Source of the DNA: Minutocellus sp. GHC0000111
Lineage: Eukaryota
Reading direction: 5' to 3'
Assembly (NCBI GenBank): GCA_977018835.1
Contig: OZ361256.1
Coordinates: 3,100,001-3,164,000, forward strand
DNA: 64,000 nt
The notes under the pieces were generated by a model that saw only the letters and a list, made by a program, of their open reading frames with translations, did not search any database and was not told where the DNA came from. Of this stretch, positions 24,233-36,836 are shown piece by piece (within the stretch, counting starts at the first letter, position 1; each line of letters opens with the position of its first letter). The position numbers and the translations under genes were made by a program.

Positions 24233-27058
24233 ATGACACAAAAGATTGCCCTCGTCGTCGGTGTCGTCGTCCTATCGCTACAATCGACGGCGATCGTCGT
24301 CAATGCTGCCACCATCGATAACGATGTGCCAGAAGCGACGGTATTGGAAGCTCAGAAGCTATTTCGCAACTTTGGAAGCAAATTGAGAGGACGAAGGAAG
24401 GCCGATGGCGGTGGCGTCCAGCTGGACAATCGCATCTTCGAGGCTCAGGCAGGCACTTAGCAGCAGCAAGACCAGTAAGAGCAGCAAGGGCAACAAAGGC
24501 GGCGCTGACAACACAAATTACGCAGGAGGTCACAATGACCATCGATGACAATGATTTACCCAAATAATATGAGCAGCAATCAACAAAGCTCTGATACGGC
24601 TGTCGTGTCCGATACCACTGTCGTTGCTGGCGGTAAGAAGAGCAAAAGTAGCAAAAGTTCCAAGTCCAACAATACTCCCATCAGCAACAATGCTTCTATT
24701 AAACCAATTCAGCAGGAGGATCAAGCAGATGCCATCATTGTCGACAACAACTTTGGTACGACTGGTGGAGAACAAGCCGATACAATCGCCACTGCCACTG
24801 ATAACAATGGCGTTGTGCCGGGCGAAGATATCAGCAACTACAATGCAAATGGTGAAAAGGTCACCGAGGATGTCGCAGGCATAGAGAATGGCGAGGTCCA
24901 AGTCGATTCTATTGTTGTTGATATGGAGCAAAGTAACGACGAGGCATTGGTGCAAACCACAATGCCCACGATCAGTCCTTCGAAGGCACCGGTATCGAAT
25001 TCGCCAACGGTGAGACCTACTAGCGCCCCCGTCTCTGCTCAGCCCACTCTAAAGCCTAGTTCGGCTCCAGTTTCTGCCTCGCCGACCAAGACTCCTTCGT
25101 CATCACCGGTATCGTCATCACCGGTATCCAATCCTCCTACATCTGCTCCTATCACGACCGAACCATCGGCTGGACCTACATCTGCTCCCGTTTCTAGTCC
25201 GCCCACGAAGGAGCCTTCGTCGTCATCGCCAGTCTCAAATGCTCCGACGACTGCTCCAATCACGCCGGTACCGTCAGCTGGACCTACTTCTTCCCCTGTG
25301 AGTAGTAGTCCTACTCCCAAGCCAAGTGGTTCGCCCGTGTCAAGCCCTCCAACTATCGCTCCAATCACAACGGCGCCATCGGCTGGACCTACATCTGCGC
25401 CTGTAAGCGCGTCGCCTGTATCGGACGGGCCTACTTCGGCTCCTGTCACCCCCGAGCCATCTGCCAAGCCAACACCAACGCCAAGCTCGGCACCGGTATC
25501 GGCCAAGCCAACTCCCGCTCCGGTCACCCCCGAGCCGTCTGCTAAGCCAACATCGGCTCCTGTCGTGGTCATTCCTGATGTGATTGCCACCGAGGCACCA
25601 GCAACGTCCGGCCCAACTGCATCGCCGTCAAGCAAGCCTACAAGTGCCAAACCTAGCCCGTCTCCGACCGTCGCCGTGACGCCAGAACCATCGACCAAGC
25701 CAACGACCTCCGAGCCCACGGTATCACCATCGGCCAAGCCTACAACTGCAAGCCCCACGGTATCGCCAGCCTCGTCCAGCCCAACAATGTCTCCGACCAA
25801 GCTCGCCAGTGATGTGCCGTCCGCAATACCAACGTCCGAAAGTCCCACGGCATCACCGACTCTGACAAGTAGCTCCAGTCCATCAGTCACGTTGTCGGCA
25901 AGTCCTTCCTCACGGCCAACTCGGGCTCCGGTGACTACAAGTCCTACAGCATCACCAACTCTGACAAGTAGCTCAAGTCCATCGGTACTGCCAACTCGTG
26001 CACCTGTGACTGCAAGCCCCACAACAACTTCGCCGACTCTGACTAGCAGTACGAGTCCATCCATTTCTGCGTCGTCAAGTCCATCTGCCAAGCCGACTCT
26101 TGCCCCGATAACTTCGCCTCCTACATCGATTCCCACGGCAACGAGCAGCTCGTCGCCATCTGTTGAAGCTTCATCAGTCCCTTCTGCATCTCCCAGCACA
26201 TCAAAGCCTTCTGATTCTCCCACTATGATCCCAACGATTACAAAGAGCGAGTCTCCGTCGGTAGCTGAATCGTCTCAACCATCGAGTCAACCTACGACTT
26301 TGGAGCCCACAATCACAAAGAGCGCTCCTCCCTCCATTTCCCACAGCTCTACTCCCAGTGTAAGTCCAACTACTTCAATGCCCTCGAAACTTCCAACTGT
26401 TTCGCCAGTATCAGCTGTACCGACTAATACACCGACCGATGCTGTAGTGTCATCTTCGGCGGTAACGGTCATGGGCAAGGAAAGAAATATCGATCCCAAT
26501 GTCCCCTGCAAGGTCGAGGCCGAAATTGGTTGCAAGGTGAAGCACATGGGTGATCTGATCGATTGCGAGTCATTCAGCAAGTCCAACGAGGATAGTATTG
26601 AAATCCAGTGGACCTACGCCATTGTCAATGGATGCTCCTCTGCCGTCAACGCGCGTCGGGCAATGATTATGAAATGCCACAAGTGCCCGACCATGTTGAC
26701 AAACAATGGACCAAATCAATGTTCATCGGATATCAACTTCTTTCGCGAAGCTGCGGGTGGTGGCAGTACCCTCGTCGATGGTATGAGTTCGTATGAATTG
26801 ACCGAGACAGAGGTTGTAGACTTGACAAAAAGATGCGACATGAGCCTTATCGTGACCAGCTTTTCAAGATTCCTCGCCGTTCGTATTAGCTCGGCAGATG
26901 GGTCGGAAGAAATTGCCAACACGCAAGTTACGGCAGCACAGTCACTTGGCCCAGTTTGTCGAGCCAGCACTGAGGTGTGGCCAGGAATGAGAGGATGCCA
27001 AAGTGAGAACGTCTGGGACAACGCCGGCGCAGTTGGCGGGGTTGATCCGGCAGCATAA
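24233..27058 (+). CDS. Secreted Pro/Thr/Ser-repeat protein with Lys/Ser clusters and a Cys-rich C-terminal domain (paralog C); several frameshifts at 24440-24560
   Basis: Signal peptide MTQKIALVVGVVVLSLQSTAIVVNA, KKSKSSKSSKS, ~500 aa of PT/PS repeats, and C-terminal CKVEAEIGC..IDC..QWTYAIVNGC..KCHKC..QC..C. Confidence 0.78.
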
Positions 27059-27114
27059 TCGTTTTAATTGTTAATTTGTTACAAGCTGCCGATATTACAT
27101 GCAATGGAATTGAT

Positions 27115-30100
27115 CTACCCTTTCTTAGATTTTGCGCAAATTAATCCAGGTCGGAACGGTGGTCTCACATTTCGCGGATTGGCTGGGTCATAAGGTGCAA
27201 ATGCTGGCAAAAGTTGCTTACTCCGTGTATTTGCAGAGTCGACTCGAAAGTATTCTGTTTGACCGTCGTCATTTCGTTCGCAAACAATCCGCTCACTCAA
27301 AAGGAGGTAACCGATCCAACCCATTGCCTGGCTTGCAAGATTCTTTGAGTACTGGACAACGGGAACGCTTCGAGTGGCCTTGGTAGCTGTGCTATAAAGG
27401 AAGCTCTGTTGATATGTGAGTGCCTCGAGGTCAGTTCTGGAAAGTGGTGATCCTCCTGAGACGTCGTAAATGTCATTCTCATTCAAAAGCACACGGTAGT
27501 AGACAGGTTTTGAGCTCCCTTTCAAACCCCCATGAGGGGTAAGTAAGAAGTCGTAACTACTTTCTTCGATTCTTCGGAACATGGAAGCGGGAGGCCTCTG
27601 TACTTCTTCGTCGAGGGCTACGTTTGGCATTTCTTCGATAATTCCACTGTCTACTACCGTGCCGGAGTGTACATTTGTGATTCCTCTAACCATCCTCCCT
27701 TGGCTTTCAGATTCGGGTACAAGATTTATGCCGTGGTCGTCCTGGCAGGTGATGTAAGTGATGAGGGGTGTGCACATAATGCACCCTTTTTTTTGGCACT
27801 TGACTGAATTTTTGCATTGGAAATCGATTTTGATTGCCTTGAGGTCGAAAAAGCTGACGGATGGCCTGAATTTCTCCTCTTGAAGCAGCGAAATTTCCGT
27901 CAGAGAGGCCATCCCTGTAGATCAACACGCGCTTGGGATAGTCATTGTTATGGCGATAAAATTGTGTTGCGAGCTCGTAAACGATATCTTTCAGCACTGT
28001 ACCAGCAACAGCGCTGGTGTTTCTATCGTCTAGACTGAAAGAATCCTGATCTTGAACCTTTATCGTGGAGCAGGTTTGCATACCAAACTTATCCAAGCAA
28101 GCTGTTGCAGCAACGATTGTTGGTGCTGCTTGGCCCTGTCCGCGAGCCATGCTCAGACCTACAACATAGTCGGGATCCACTTGAGTAGATCGGTTTCAGA
28201 ATACCACTTTAGTCCGGTCCCACTTCCATTCATGCGCAATGCCCACGCTCTTCCCTCGTTCCATTGGTTACTCATCTTTCCATTGAGTTTAAGAGCGATA
28301 TTGGAACAATAAGCGAGCTTGTTCCTTTGCGACCTTTGCGAATCAAAGCTTCTTTCGACGGCGACTTGAGTAGGGATGCCATGCTCAAAGGTCGAGTGCA
28401 TTTTGATAAGATTGTAATAATCTGTATTGGCTTCGGGAAGGTATACAAAAATAGCCGCGGGTCCTTCAATAGAATGGGCGGCAACTAGAATAGATGGGAT
28501 GCAAATTGATACTTCGTTTGGGAGAATAGGTTCTTCAAAGTCGGTATCCTCTTGTCCTAGACGCTGGTAAAGGAATGTGCCGAACGATGCAGTGCGCCAG
28601 ACGCCATTCAACTTGGCCTGGTAACAATTATTCCACCACCTTGTACTAAATGGATCCACCACATTGCGCTGACCATCAATGGTCACACCTACCATCAAGC
28701 GAGCCGGACCTGTCTTGTTACTTTCTATTACTGTCACTTGGTGTGTTTCAGCATGAACCTCACGTGGAAGCATCAAGCCGACCTCTTGATTCCTGGCTAC
28801 AAACTTCGAGTTTTCGTCCTTTTCGTTTATCGGCACTAGCTCCGGGGAGGGGTGAGGAATTACCAAGCACTCCGATGATTGCATCGTCTCGGGGTTGATA
28901 CATCGAGACTTGAACCAGGTGTTATGGGCTCTATAATGATGCTCTTTATCATGAACAAAGAAGTCTCTCGCTTTTGATACCGCGCGACTGAGGTCAAGCT
29001 CAAGGCGCTCTGGAGTTAGAGGACGATTCTCACTTACGCACACCTGACGCGCAATGTCGTTGGCACACACTGCTGGCGTATTGGGAAGTTCCATTCCATG
29101 ACGCCCAATAGCTTCGAATTGAAGACCTAAGAAATCTCTCCACTGACCACCGGTAAGATCGAGAAGGCTGAAAGAGCTTAGGTCCGCCGCATTGCTGAAA
29201 TGGGCATTCTGTAGATTCCACGAGCCGTTGTTCACAGTACCAGAAGTATTTTGGAACATAATCTGAGGATTGGGTAGTATTTTTGCAGACAATTCCATGG
29301 GAGCTTCACTAATCTGAATGTTGCAAGACTCAAGATTGGCACCGACCTCTGGCAGAAAGGATGCAAACACACCACGAATGTAGTTCAACAGTTTTATGCC
29401 GGCGGCACTGTCCTTTTCGGCAAGAATTCTCCTTAGATTCTCCGGAGTATTCGCATCTTTGGCCCTGCCATAGGCCTGGTATAAGAATTCGACAGGGAAC
29501 CAGTTACCCCTCCCGACATGGACAATCGGCATTTTAGGATGTTGAAGTTGGATTCCATATCGTTCCCGATAATATCTCTCCACCGTGAATCTTGGGGCAT
29601 CATCGTCGGAACCTACGGCAAAGGAGTATGAATGTGGATCCCAAATGATGCGTCGGCTATCTTCATTTCTGTCAGGCTTCAAACTCTTATTTTTACCTCG
29701 AACAATTCTGCGCTTGGACTGGATTTCCGCCTCGCTCAAACCCTGCAGCCTCCATTGTGTTTCATCGTCACGATTGTTTGTTGTGTCTGTCATCAGATCG
29801 GCAGGAGGTTATAAAGTGAGAAAGTAAAGTAGATTGGAAGAAGCATACCGATACATACATTTACGACAATGCAAAAGAAGCCAACACTTACACCAGATAC
29901 TAAATTTTTTCTTCTTCAATGCAGATTCTATCCGATCTCTGACCGCTTCGTCTGAAATGATCCTGTTTGGTAGGACATCAACCCCAGCAATCGACAATCT
30001 CTTGGAATGCGGATCATAGTGCAGTATCGGAAGTCGGGTCGGTCTAGGTAACCAATCTTTGCAGCTCTCTGAATATATGGTTGAGCCTGGGTGCCATTAC

Positions 30101-31229
30101 TTCCTGCCATGCAGAGCTTGAGAAGCTGCGACACGCCAACAGAGGGGAAGATTTCTCTATTTTGTAGAAGCATCTCTTTCATTTGAGGACTCTTCAGGAT
30201 TTCTTGGATTGGATATTTATTGAAGCTATATGCAGAAATAGTAGGAAAGCCTGCAAACACAAAGGACGATCGCAGCATAATATTGACAGCCTGAGATAGG
30301 GCCTGCTTTTCGGCCATTTGAGCTGTCAGGAGTTGACCAATGCCAAGCCTGGAGAGGTCGCGAACTGCAACCTGTCGCAGGCAGACAATGAACCACGAAT
30401 ATGGTCGTTTAGATGCGTCTGGATCGTTCGCATCACAATCAGTCTTTACACGGACATGGTAGATACCTGGAAGAGTCCGTGCGTAATCAGCGTCCTCAAC
30501 TTCGTTTGGTCTGTTTTCGCCCTCCTCCGCAGATACTTTTCTGCTGGCTTGTCGCGCTGATGCTCTTGCTGTCTTTTGTTCCACCTTGTCAAACAGCTTC
30601 CGATTACTGTACATGCAATTTCCAGAATATGGAAGGAAAAGCGCATCATCGCCAAGTGCCTCGCGTAGATCCATCATGAGCTGCTTTACAATGCGGATTG
30701 GCAATGGATTCTCTATCAGCTCCATCCGTCCAAGGTCGAGAGGGAACAACTCGCCATTTACCCGACGTCGTGGAATGATTACAGGCCGTCCATCCGAAGC
30801 GTCAATATCGACTTTCCTTTGCTGGTGCTGCTGGTCTGATGTGCATTTCACCTGGTCTGCTTCTCTTCTTTCGTCTTCAACCCACCTTTTCATTCCGTCT
30901 AGAATCTCCACATGGTACTGGTACCACGTGCCAGTACATGTTACGCTGTGGTAGTTCACGAGGACCTGTGAAGTTGTCGGTTTGATTGGTCGCTGCCCCC
31001 TATGGCCTCCGTAGCCTCCACGATTGTCGCGTCCACTACCTCCCCTCGAATTGCGATCGCCATTCCCGCGACCAGGACCTTGATCATATCGATCTCGTGA
31101 GCGAGAGCGATCATGGCGCGGATCGTGTTGGGATGAGCGGGGGCGATGCTCTGCTCGACCACGATCGTGTTGGTCATAATGCTCGCCTCCTCTGCGACCA
31201 CCGCTGTAGCGATCGCCCTGGTAACTCAT
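27115..31229 (-). CDS. AGO: Divergent eukaryotic Argonaute (RG-rich N, N, PAZ, MID, PIWI); intron 29891-29787; apparent frameshifts near 30035, 28163 and 27850
   Basis: RGG-rich N-terminus; VLVNYHSV; PAZ-like VERYYRERYGIQLQHPKMP..WFPVEFL; L2 AKILPNPQI..GSWNL; MID YNLIK, GIPTQ, YCSNIALKLNGKM; PIWI PTM(V)VGLS, RVLIYRDGLSDGNF, NVHSGTVVDSGI, DFLLTPHGGLKGSSKPVYYRVL, LEALTYQQSFLY, VPVVQYSKNLA. Confidence 0.93.
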
Positions 31230-34200
31230 AGCTACGTAGGTACGAGGGCCGGATATCAGCCAGTAGCGGCAAGCATGCTTGTTTTTCCGAAAAGCATTCC
31301 TTTTCACTCTCCTTTTTACGTCTTTCCGTCACATGAGATTCGCTCGGCCGCTGCTGCCGCTCCATCTCTTGCTCTGCCTGGTGGCTGAGCCCTCGCTCAA
31401 CCATCATGCGATCCCCAGGCACCACCAAGATGGTGACCAGCAGTGGTTTCCACTTCGTCATCTCTCCTTGATGCATGCAGCTTCGCTCAGAATCCATCAT
31501 TCTGAGCCTCCCATACCTCAAATTCGCGAAACTCGAACACGATTTTATGATAGATAGGATCTGCCTGTGCTACAACCTCCACGACGGCTACAATGACACA
31601 GAAAATTGGTGTTGATGTCGGCTGAATGGAGGATAGACCACGACGGATGGCATGGAAGTGCTCTCGATCATTATTGTCGAGCGTCGACCTGGATGTGGTG
31701 TTGCGATCGAACGAGCAAGCACTAAAAAAAATGGTCATCTGTCCCAAATTTCCAACAATGTTTTTTGGCACAGACCCGCCCCTGAGGTCAATGTGGCTGG
31801 TAATGGGAATAAAGCCACCATAAAACCCCAAACAGTTTTGGATATTTTGTTGCTATAGGTATCTTTGGACATTTGCTGCGTTTCGCCAACGGGTTGCGTG
31901 CTAGCAGGTGGCTCGTTTCATGGCATAATACTGTTTTAGTCGCCCAATTCTTGGCCATGTGGTAAGCGCTGCAATTGGAATGGGGACAGATTGAGGTCAC
32001 TTGAGGTACAGAGCTACGTTAGCTAGCCATTGCTGCACTATTGGGGTATAAGACAGCGAATTGATGGAATGTTTCGCCGGTGTACTGCAACTCTTGATGG
32101 CTTGGGAGCTACATCAATTCCTCGAGGAGGGCCGTGGAAAGAATTTTCATATCCTCCCCTCCAGAAGTCAGTGTCATTTGAGAGCGACAAATAATCACAG
32201 CGACTGCATGGCGAGGCTATCAAATGGCATCTTTTACCTCATAGGGTTGGTTCGTGGGCGAGTGCGATCCTGTTAGCACGCTTGTGGGCCTCAGTAAAGC
32301 CAGATAGATCTCAAAGATTGACGAAAAATTGTTCTGGGGTGTTAAAGTTTTGAAGTGATGGGGATGTGATGGGCAGAGTTCGGTCCGATAGCCGCTTTAG
32401 TTTATCATCTTTGGACAGCATCGGTATATGGCAGGGCCTTGAGGAAGACTTTCGTGGATTTAGTGCACTTGTTTGTGGTTCGAGGGTCGCATGAACTAGT
32501 CGTTGTGGTCGAAAGCAGGATTGCTAGCGCTTTCGCACAGCAATTATCGAGTTTCAATCGGTATATTGACACGCAATAGTGTATAGCCGTGTGTGTTATC
32601 ATCCCCACGCAGATACAATATAAGGTGGTGTAGCGGTGAAATGCTTCGTCGTTTTTTGTCACATGCTGGTACTTTCGTTGTTGCTTGGTTGTTTCGTGGG
32701 GGTCGATGGCGAACTTTTCCACAGCCGTCGCCCAGACTGCCAGTATTGCAACTGAACAACAAGAAGAGACAAAGTATGCATGGGAAGGATACGAAACACT
32801 TTTTGGTGATATATCCTGTGGATTCAAGTAGCACTAAGAGGTGTTCAGTTGAAGGATTGGCGGAATGAAGACCAGGTGGATCTGAAATTTTTTCGTTTTA
32901 ATTGCGGGGGTTGGTGAAATTGGCTGACGTGCAGATAGAATGGGTAGATATGTGACCACTTGCTGCTGTAGTTCATCATTCCCGTCTAGGGATGATATAA
33001 GGCGAGGCCTTGATGCAATGTTTCGCGAGGTCACTGCAACTCTTCCTTGTTTAGGGTCACATGAATGTTTGTGGAGGTTGACAGCATCATTTTCGGGGGT
33101 GGTTTCTCAGGCATCATGAGGGGAGATTGGACATCACAATTCACATAGTTCCGTATAGCATATTATCACAGCTCGGATATGATACGAGACAACTTGCCGA
33201 AGGAACGTTTCGTGGGATTTTGCCTAATTTTGATGATTTGGTAGCTATCTAGATTTTTTTGTGGAGGTCGAAGAGAGGAATTCACAGGAGCCCCAGCCAG
33301 ATTGTAAAAGTTGATACCGACAAGGAACAACAAACACTACAATGAAACAGTATCAAAAGACGTTCTATTATATCCCTGATGGATATGTCGAGTGGTGAGA
33401 GATCTTCAGTACCGCTGTGAGATGTATGGGAGGCATTTCGTCCCAAAATATGGCGATTTTCGTCGATTCTCCTGGGTCCATCAACCTCCACGAAGGATTG
33501 AGGTCTTTATCTCAGGACATGGTCACGAACCCAATAGCACAAGGGCGCTGCATCGTTGTGGTATATAACTAGGCGGCCTTCATTTGTATCAGCTGCAGTA
33601 AAATGACTTACTTTTACATTTATGGCCCTTCCTGGTACTGCAGGAGGCCACCGCCCAAAAAATTGTTTTCGGCCATCGACCTCCACCAAGAAGTGAGAGC
33701 CAAACCACAAAAACTAATCACGAACTCAATAATAACACAGACACACCATATCATTTATATATACATGCACTTGAGCTCTATTGATAGTAGCTGCAGTAGA
33801 TGGGCTTCCCTGGCTGTTTCGGGACGGTTTTGTTACCCACGAATTTCTCTGAATCCTCATCTTCTGATTTTGCGGCCAGCAGAAGCACTGTAGCCGTAGA
33901 AGAGCACCAAAACGCCACCCAAACCTCCGACCAAGCCTCTCGCGTATTGCTTTGGGTATATTAAAATGTAACAAACGGAGTCTGATAAGGGAACCTGGCT
34001 CGGTTTTTGAGAAATCGGTACCAAGGACCCCGCCAGATCTGGGCGCAGTCAATTTTTGTTGGAAAGGGTCAAAGTTTGCTCTGGGGGCGAAGAAAGATGA
34101 CAAACACAGAGTTGGGAAACGCGCATTACAAGATCATGGTTCTGATAAAATAGTTTTTAATTCCGTCTACAATTAAGTTATCTACATCTATTTGGTTGCA

Positions 34201-34361
34201 CGCGTGTGGTCGGCATTAATGTATTATGTGACTGCTGCGGCGATTGCGTTTTGAGAGGAAGTACCACCAGTTCCCAGCACTCTTCTCCTCAAGAGCAAAG
34301 TTCCGTAAAGGCTAGACAATCACATTAGTGGAAACTTTTCGCGAGACCTGCGATTGTGTCT

Positions 34362-36008
34362 TTATGGCTTCTCCACTTTGATCTTTTCTTCTGCCATGGG
34401 CTCCACCGCCGGCGTTGGATCAGCTTGTCCTTGCGGCATTGGCGGAGCTCCGGGTTGTTGAGGGACCTGACCGTAATAGTAGTAACTATAGTAATGACCA
34501 GCATATGGCGCTGCCAGTGCGGGAACAGGAGGCCCTTCACGACTGTCATTCTCCTGGAGGGGAGGTGGCGGTCCACAATACATGTAAGGGTTGTAGTACG
34601 GTGGCGGTTGCTGGGGGGCGGCCGCCGCTGCTGCGGTGTCTTCACGAGGCTCAGATTTTACATCAGTAGCAGCTTCTGCTGCTGGAGGAGGAACATGCGG
34701 TTGGGGAGGATACTGGTATGGAACAACAGCTGGGTAGTAGTATCCATAGTATTGTGGCGGTGGTGCGGCTGCGTGATCTTGAGAAAAGGCCGCGTGAGGA
34801 GGGTAGTGAGCATAGTACGATCCAGCCTCGGCAGTCGTTGTCGCCGGATGCTGTGGATCGCCATTCTGCTGACTCTCGTCGCAGCCCCCCACCTTGTAGT
34901 TGTCTCCCCAAGCCTCCTCATCCTTTAGATCACTATCGTCGGCAATACCTTTGTCGCGCTTATCGATGAAACGCAGAGCGGCCTCCTCCCTCTTTTCGCG
35001 GATCTCATTCTGCTCCTTCTTGGTCCGTTCTCTCCACGCGGCCATGTCCTTGAGGTAGATCTCACGAAGCCTCTCCTCCCGCTCGATGTGCTCCCTCTTC
35101 TCCTCGTCGGGGGCCTCCCTCCACATCTTGGCAAGCATTTTCGACATGTCGCCATTGGTTAGGTATGGGTTGGCTCTGCGCAATGCCGCACGCTTGCTAT
35201 TGGAGTAGGATAGGAAGGACGACATGGGGCGCTTGGGAGCATCGGCATCGGTTCGGCGGGCCTTGACCTTGGACTTTTGGGATGCGGGAACCTTCCACGG
35301 GCCCTTGTACATGGACTTCTCGACCTCATATCTCTCCCGATCAAGTCGGGCCTTCTCATCCCACTTTGCTCGCTCATCGGCCGCCATGTTGCGCCATTCC
35401 TCACTAATGAGCTTGGCAACGTCGGGGGTCTGATGTGACGATGGAGATTGAAAAGTTGGTGCATATGTTTGTGAGAATGATATTACATTTCAAAGATACA
35501 AATAGTAAAGAGATCCGGCAGCTCCACTCACTCGCTCTCCATTGCCTGGTCCACCCTCCTTCTCCTCAATCTCCTTCCGGATGGTTTTGTGTCGGTGCAT
35601 GGTGAAGAAGATGAAGGCACTCTTGAACCTCTTGGGAGCGCGTGGATCTTTAACGTATTTCACCGTTTTCTTCTTGGTGGCCGAGGCGACCGTTTGTTTG
35701 AGACCAGAGATACCGCCCTTCATCATCCATGCTGGGCTAGCGCTGGTCGATCCTGCCGCGGGTGGAAAGAGAAGAGGTGGCTGGTCTCGGCTACTTCTGC
35801 CACCGCTGGGCGTCGAGACGGACGCCGCTGATGTTGGGAAGGATGCCAAGGCCTCGGCGGCGGCGAGGGTCGCGGCTCGGTTCTCTCCGGATGCCTCGGC
35901 ACCGTTGCTCTTGTTCTTGCTGGCAGCAGCAGCGGCGACATCCGTCGACTCGTCCATGATCTTGGCAGGGCCGAAGTGATTCTTCAGAACCTCTTCGACA
36001 GATCGCAT
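34362..36008 (-). CDS. Two-HMG-box DNA-binding protein; exons 36008-35532 and 35429-34362
   Basis: KDPRAPKRFKSAFIFF...(intron)...VAKLISEEWRNM..ERAKWDEKARLDRERYEVEK, then DAPKRPMSSFLSYS...SKMLAKMWREAP. Pro/Tyr-rich tail. Phase-0 GTGAGT...CAG intron. Confidence 0.92.
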
Positions 36009-36836
36009 CGTTTTGTTCTTTTCGTTTCTGACTTGTTGGCCTGATGGGCTACTTTCGTTTTGCTCGTGCTCTTCGCCCGTATCTTTCGACTGAATCGAAT
36101 CAAAGCAAACACAAGATGTGCTTCTCTTTAAAAAAAAAATGTATTGATCAATCTGATTTGCAATCAATCAAACTCATCAACTCCGCTTTCACTGAGGAAT
36201 CGAAAGCAAAATGTCTCCTCCCTCTCTCATCGAGGCTCCGATTTTTACTCTTTGGCACAGAGATCGACCGTTAGTCCTTTCTTGACCATAGTGGTTGGGA
36301 ATTTTAGGCGATCTGGTCGCTTGGTCCCGCGATCTTTTCCCTCCGACATGTACGGTCATTCCGTCTTGGGGCCTAATTCATCACATGCGAATCCACTCAG
36401 CAAGTCCGTCGTATGTTGGTCCCGGAAAAAAATTGGCACATGGCGATGGTATCGTACGAAAGTGTGGTGGCACATCCCTCATCCTTTGGCATTTGCATTC
36501 CAACCACACAGCCAGGCAGAGCAACACATCACACTTTACCACTTCTTTTCCTTTCTTCAGTTCTTCTACCGGTCAACCGACCATATCTCGAACCAGTAGG
36601 CTACCAGTAGAGGCATAACTCTCTCTCGCACGCTGCATCTTCATTACCAACAACGACGTTACTTTTTTTCCCCCGGTCGTCGTTTACTTTGCTCATCTCT
36701 CGATAAGATCGTTTGGCATTGCAATTACTACTTCTTCGTCATTGCATTCACATCAATCGATTCCGTTCGACTGAACTGCTCCCAAAGCACAGAACAAACG
36801 AATAAACGTGCACATACTTCGAACAAACACAGCACA

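Noticed and set aside
25039..26223. Gly/Val/Asp-rich minus-strand ORFs (also 18194-18670, 19032-19694 and 37361-38335, plus 20791-21585 on +)
   Set aside because: Reverse complements of Pro/Thr/Ser repeat codons, which rarely generate stops.
27840..30040. Programmed ribosomal frameshifting in AGO
   Set aside because: Similar breaks affect many unrelated genes in the window and no consistent slippery signal was seen; error or decay is simpler.
27115..31229. Prokaryotic Argonaute defence operon, or several separate genes
   Set aside because: It has an RGG N-terminus, a spliceosomal intron and eukaryotic PIWI motifs. The ORF pieces are collinear parts of one protein, and no partner nuclease gene is adjacent.
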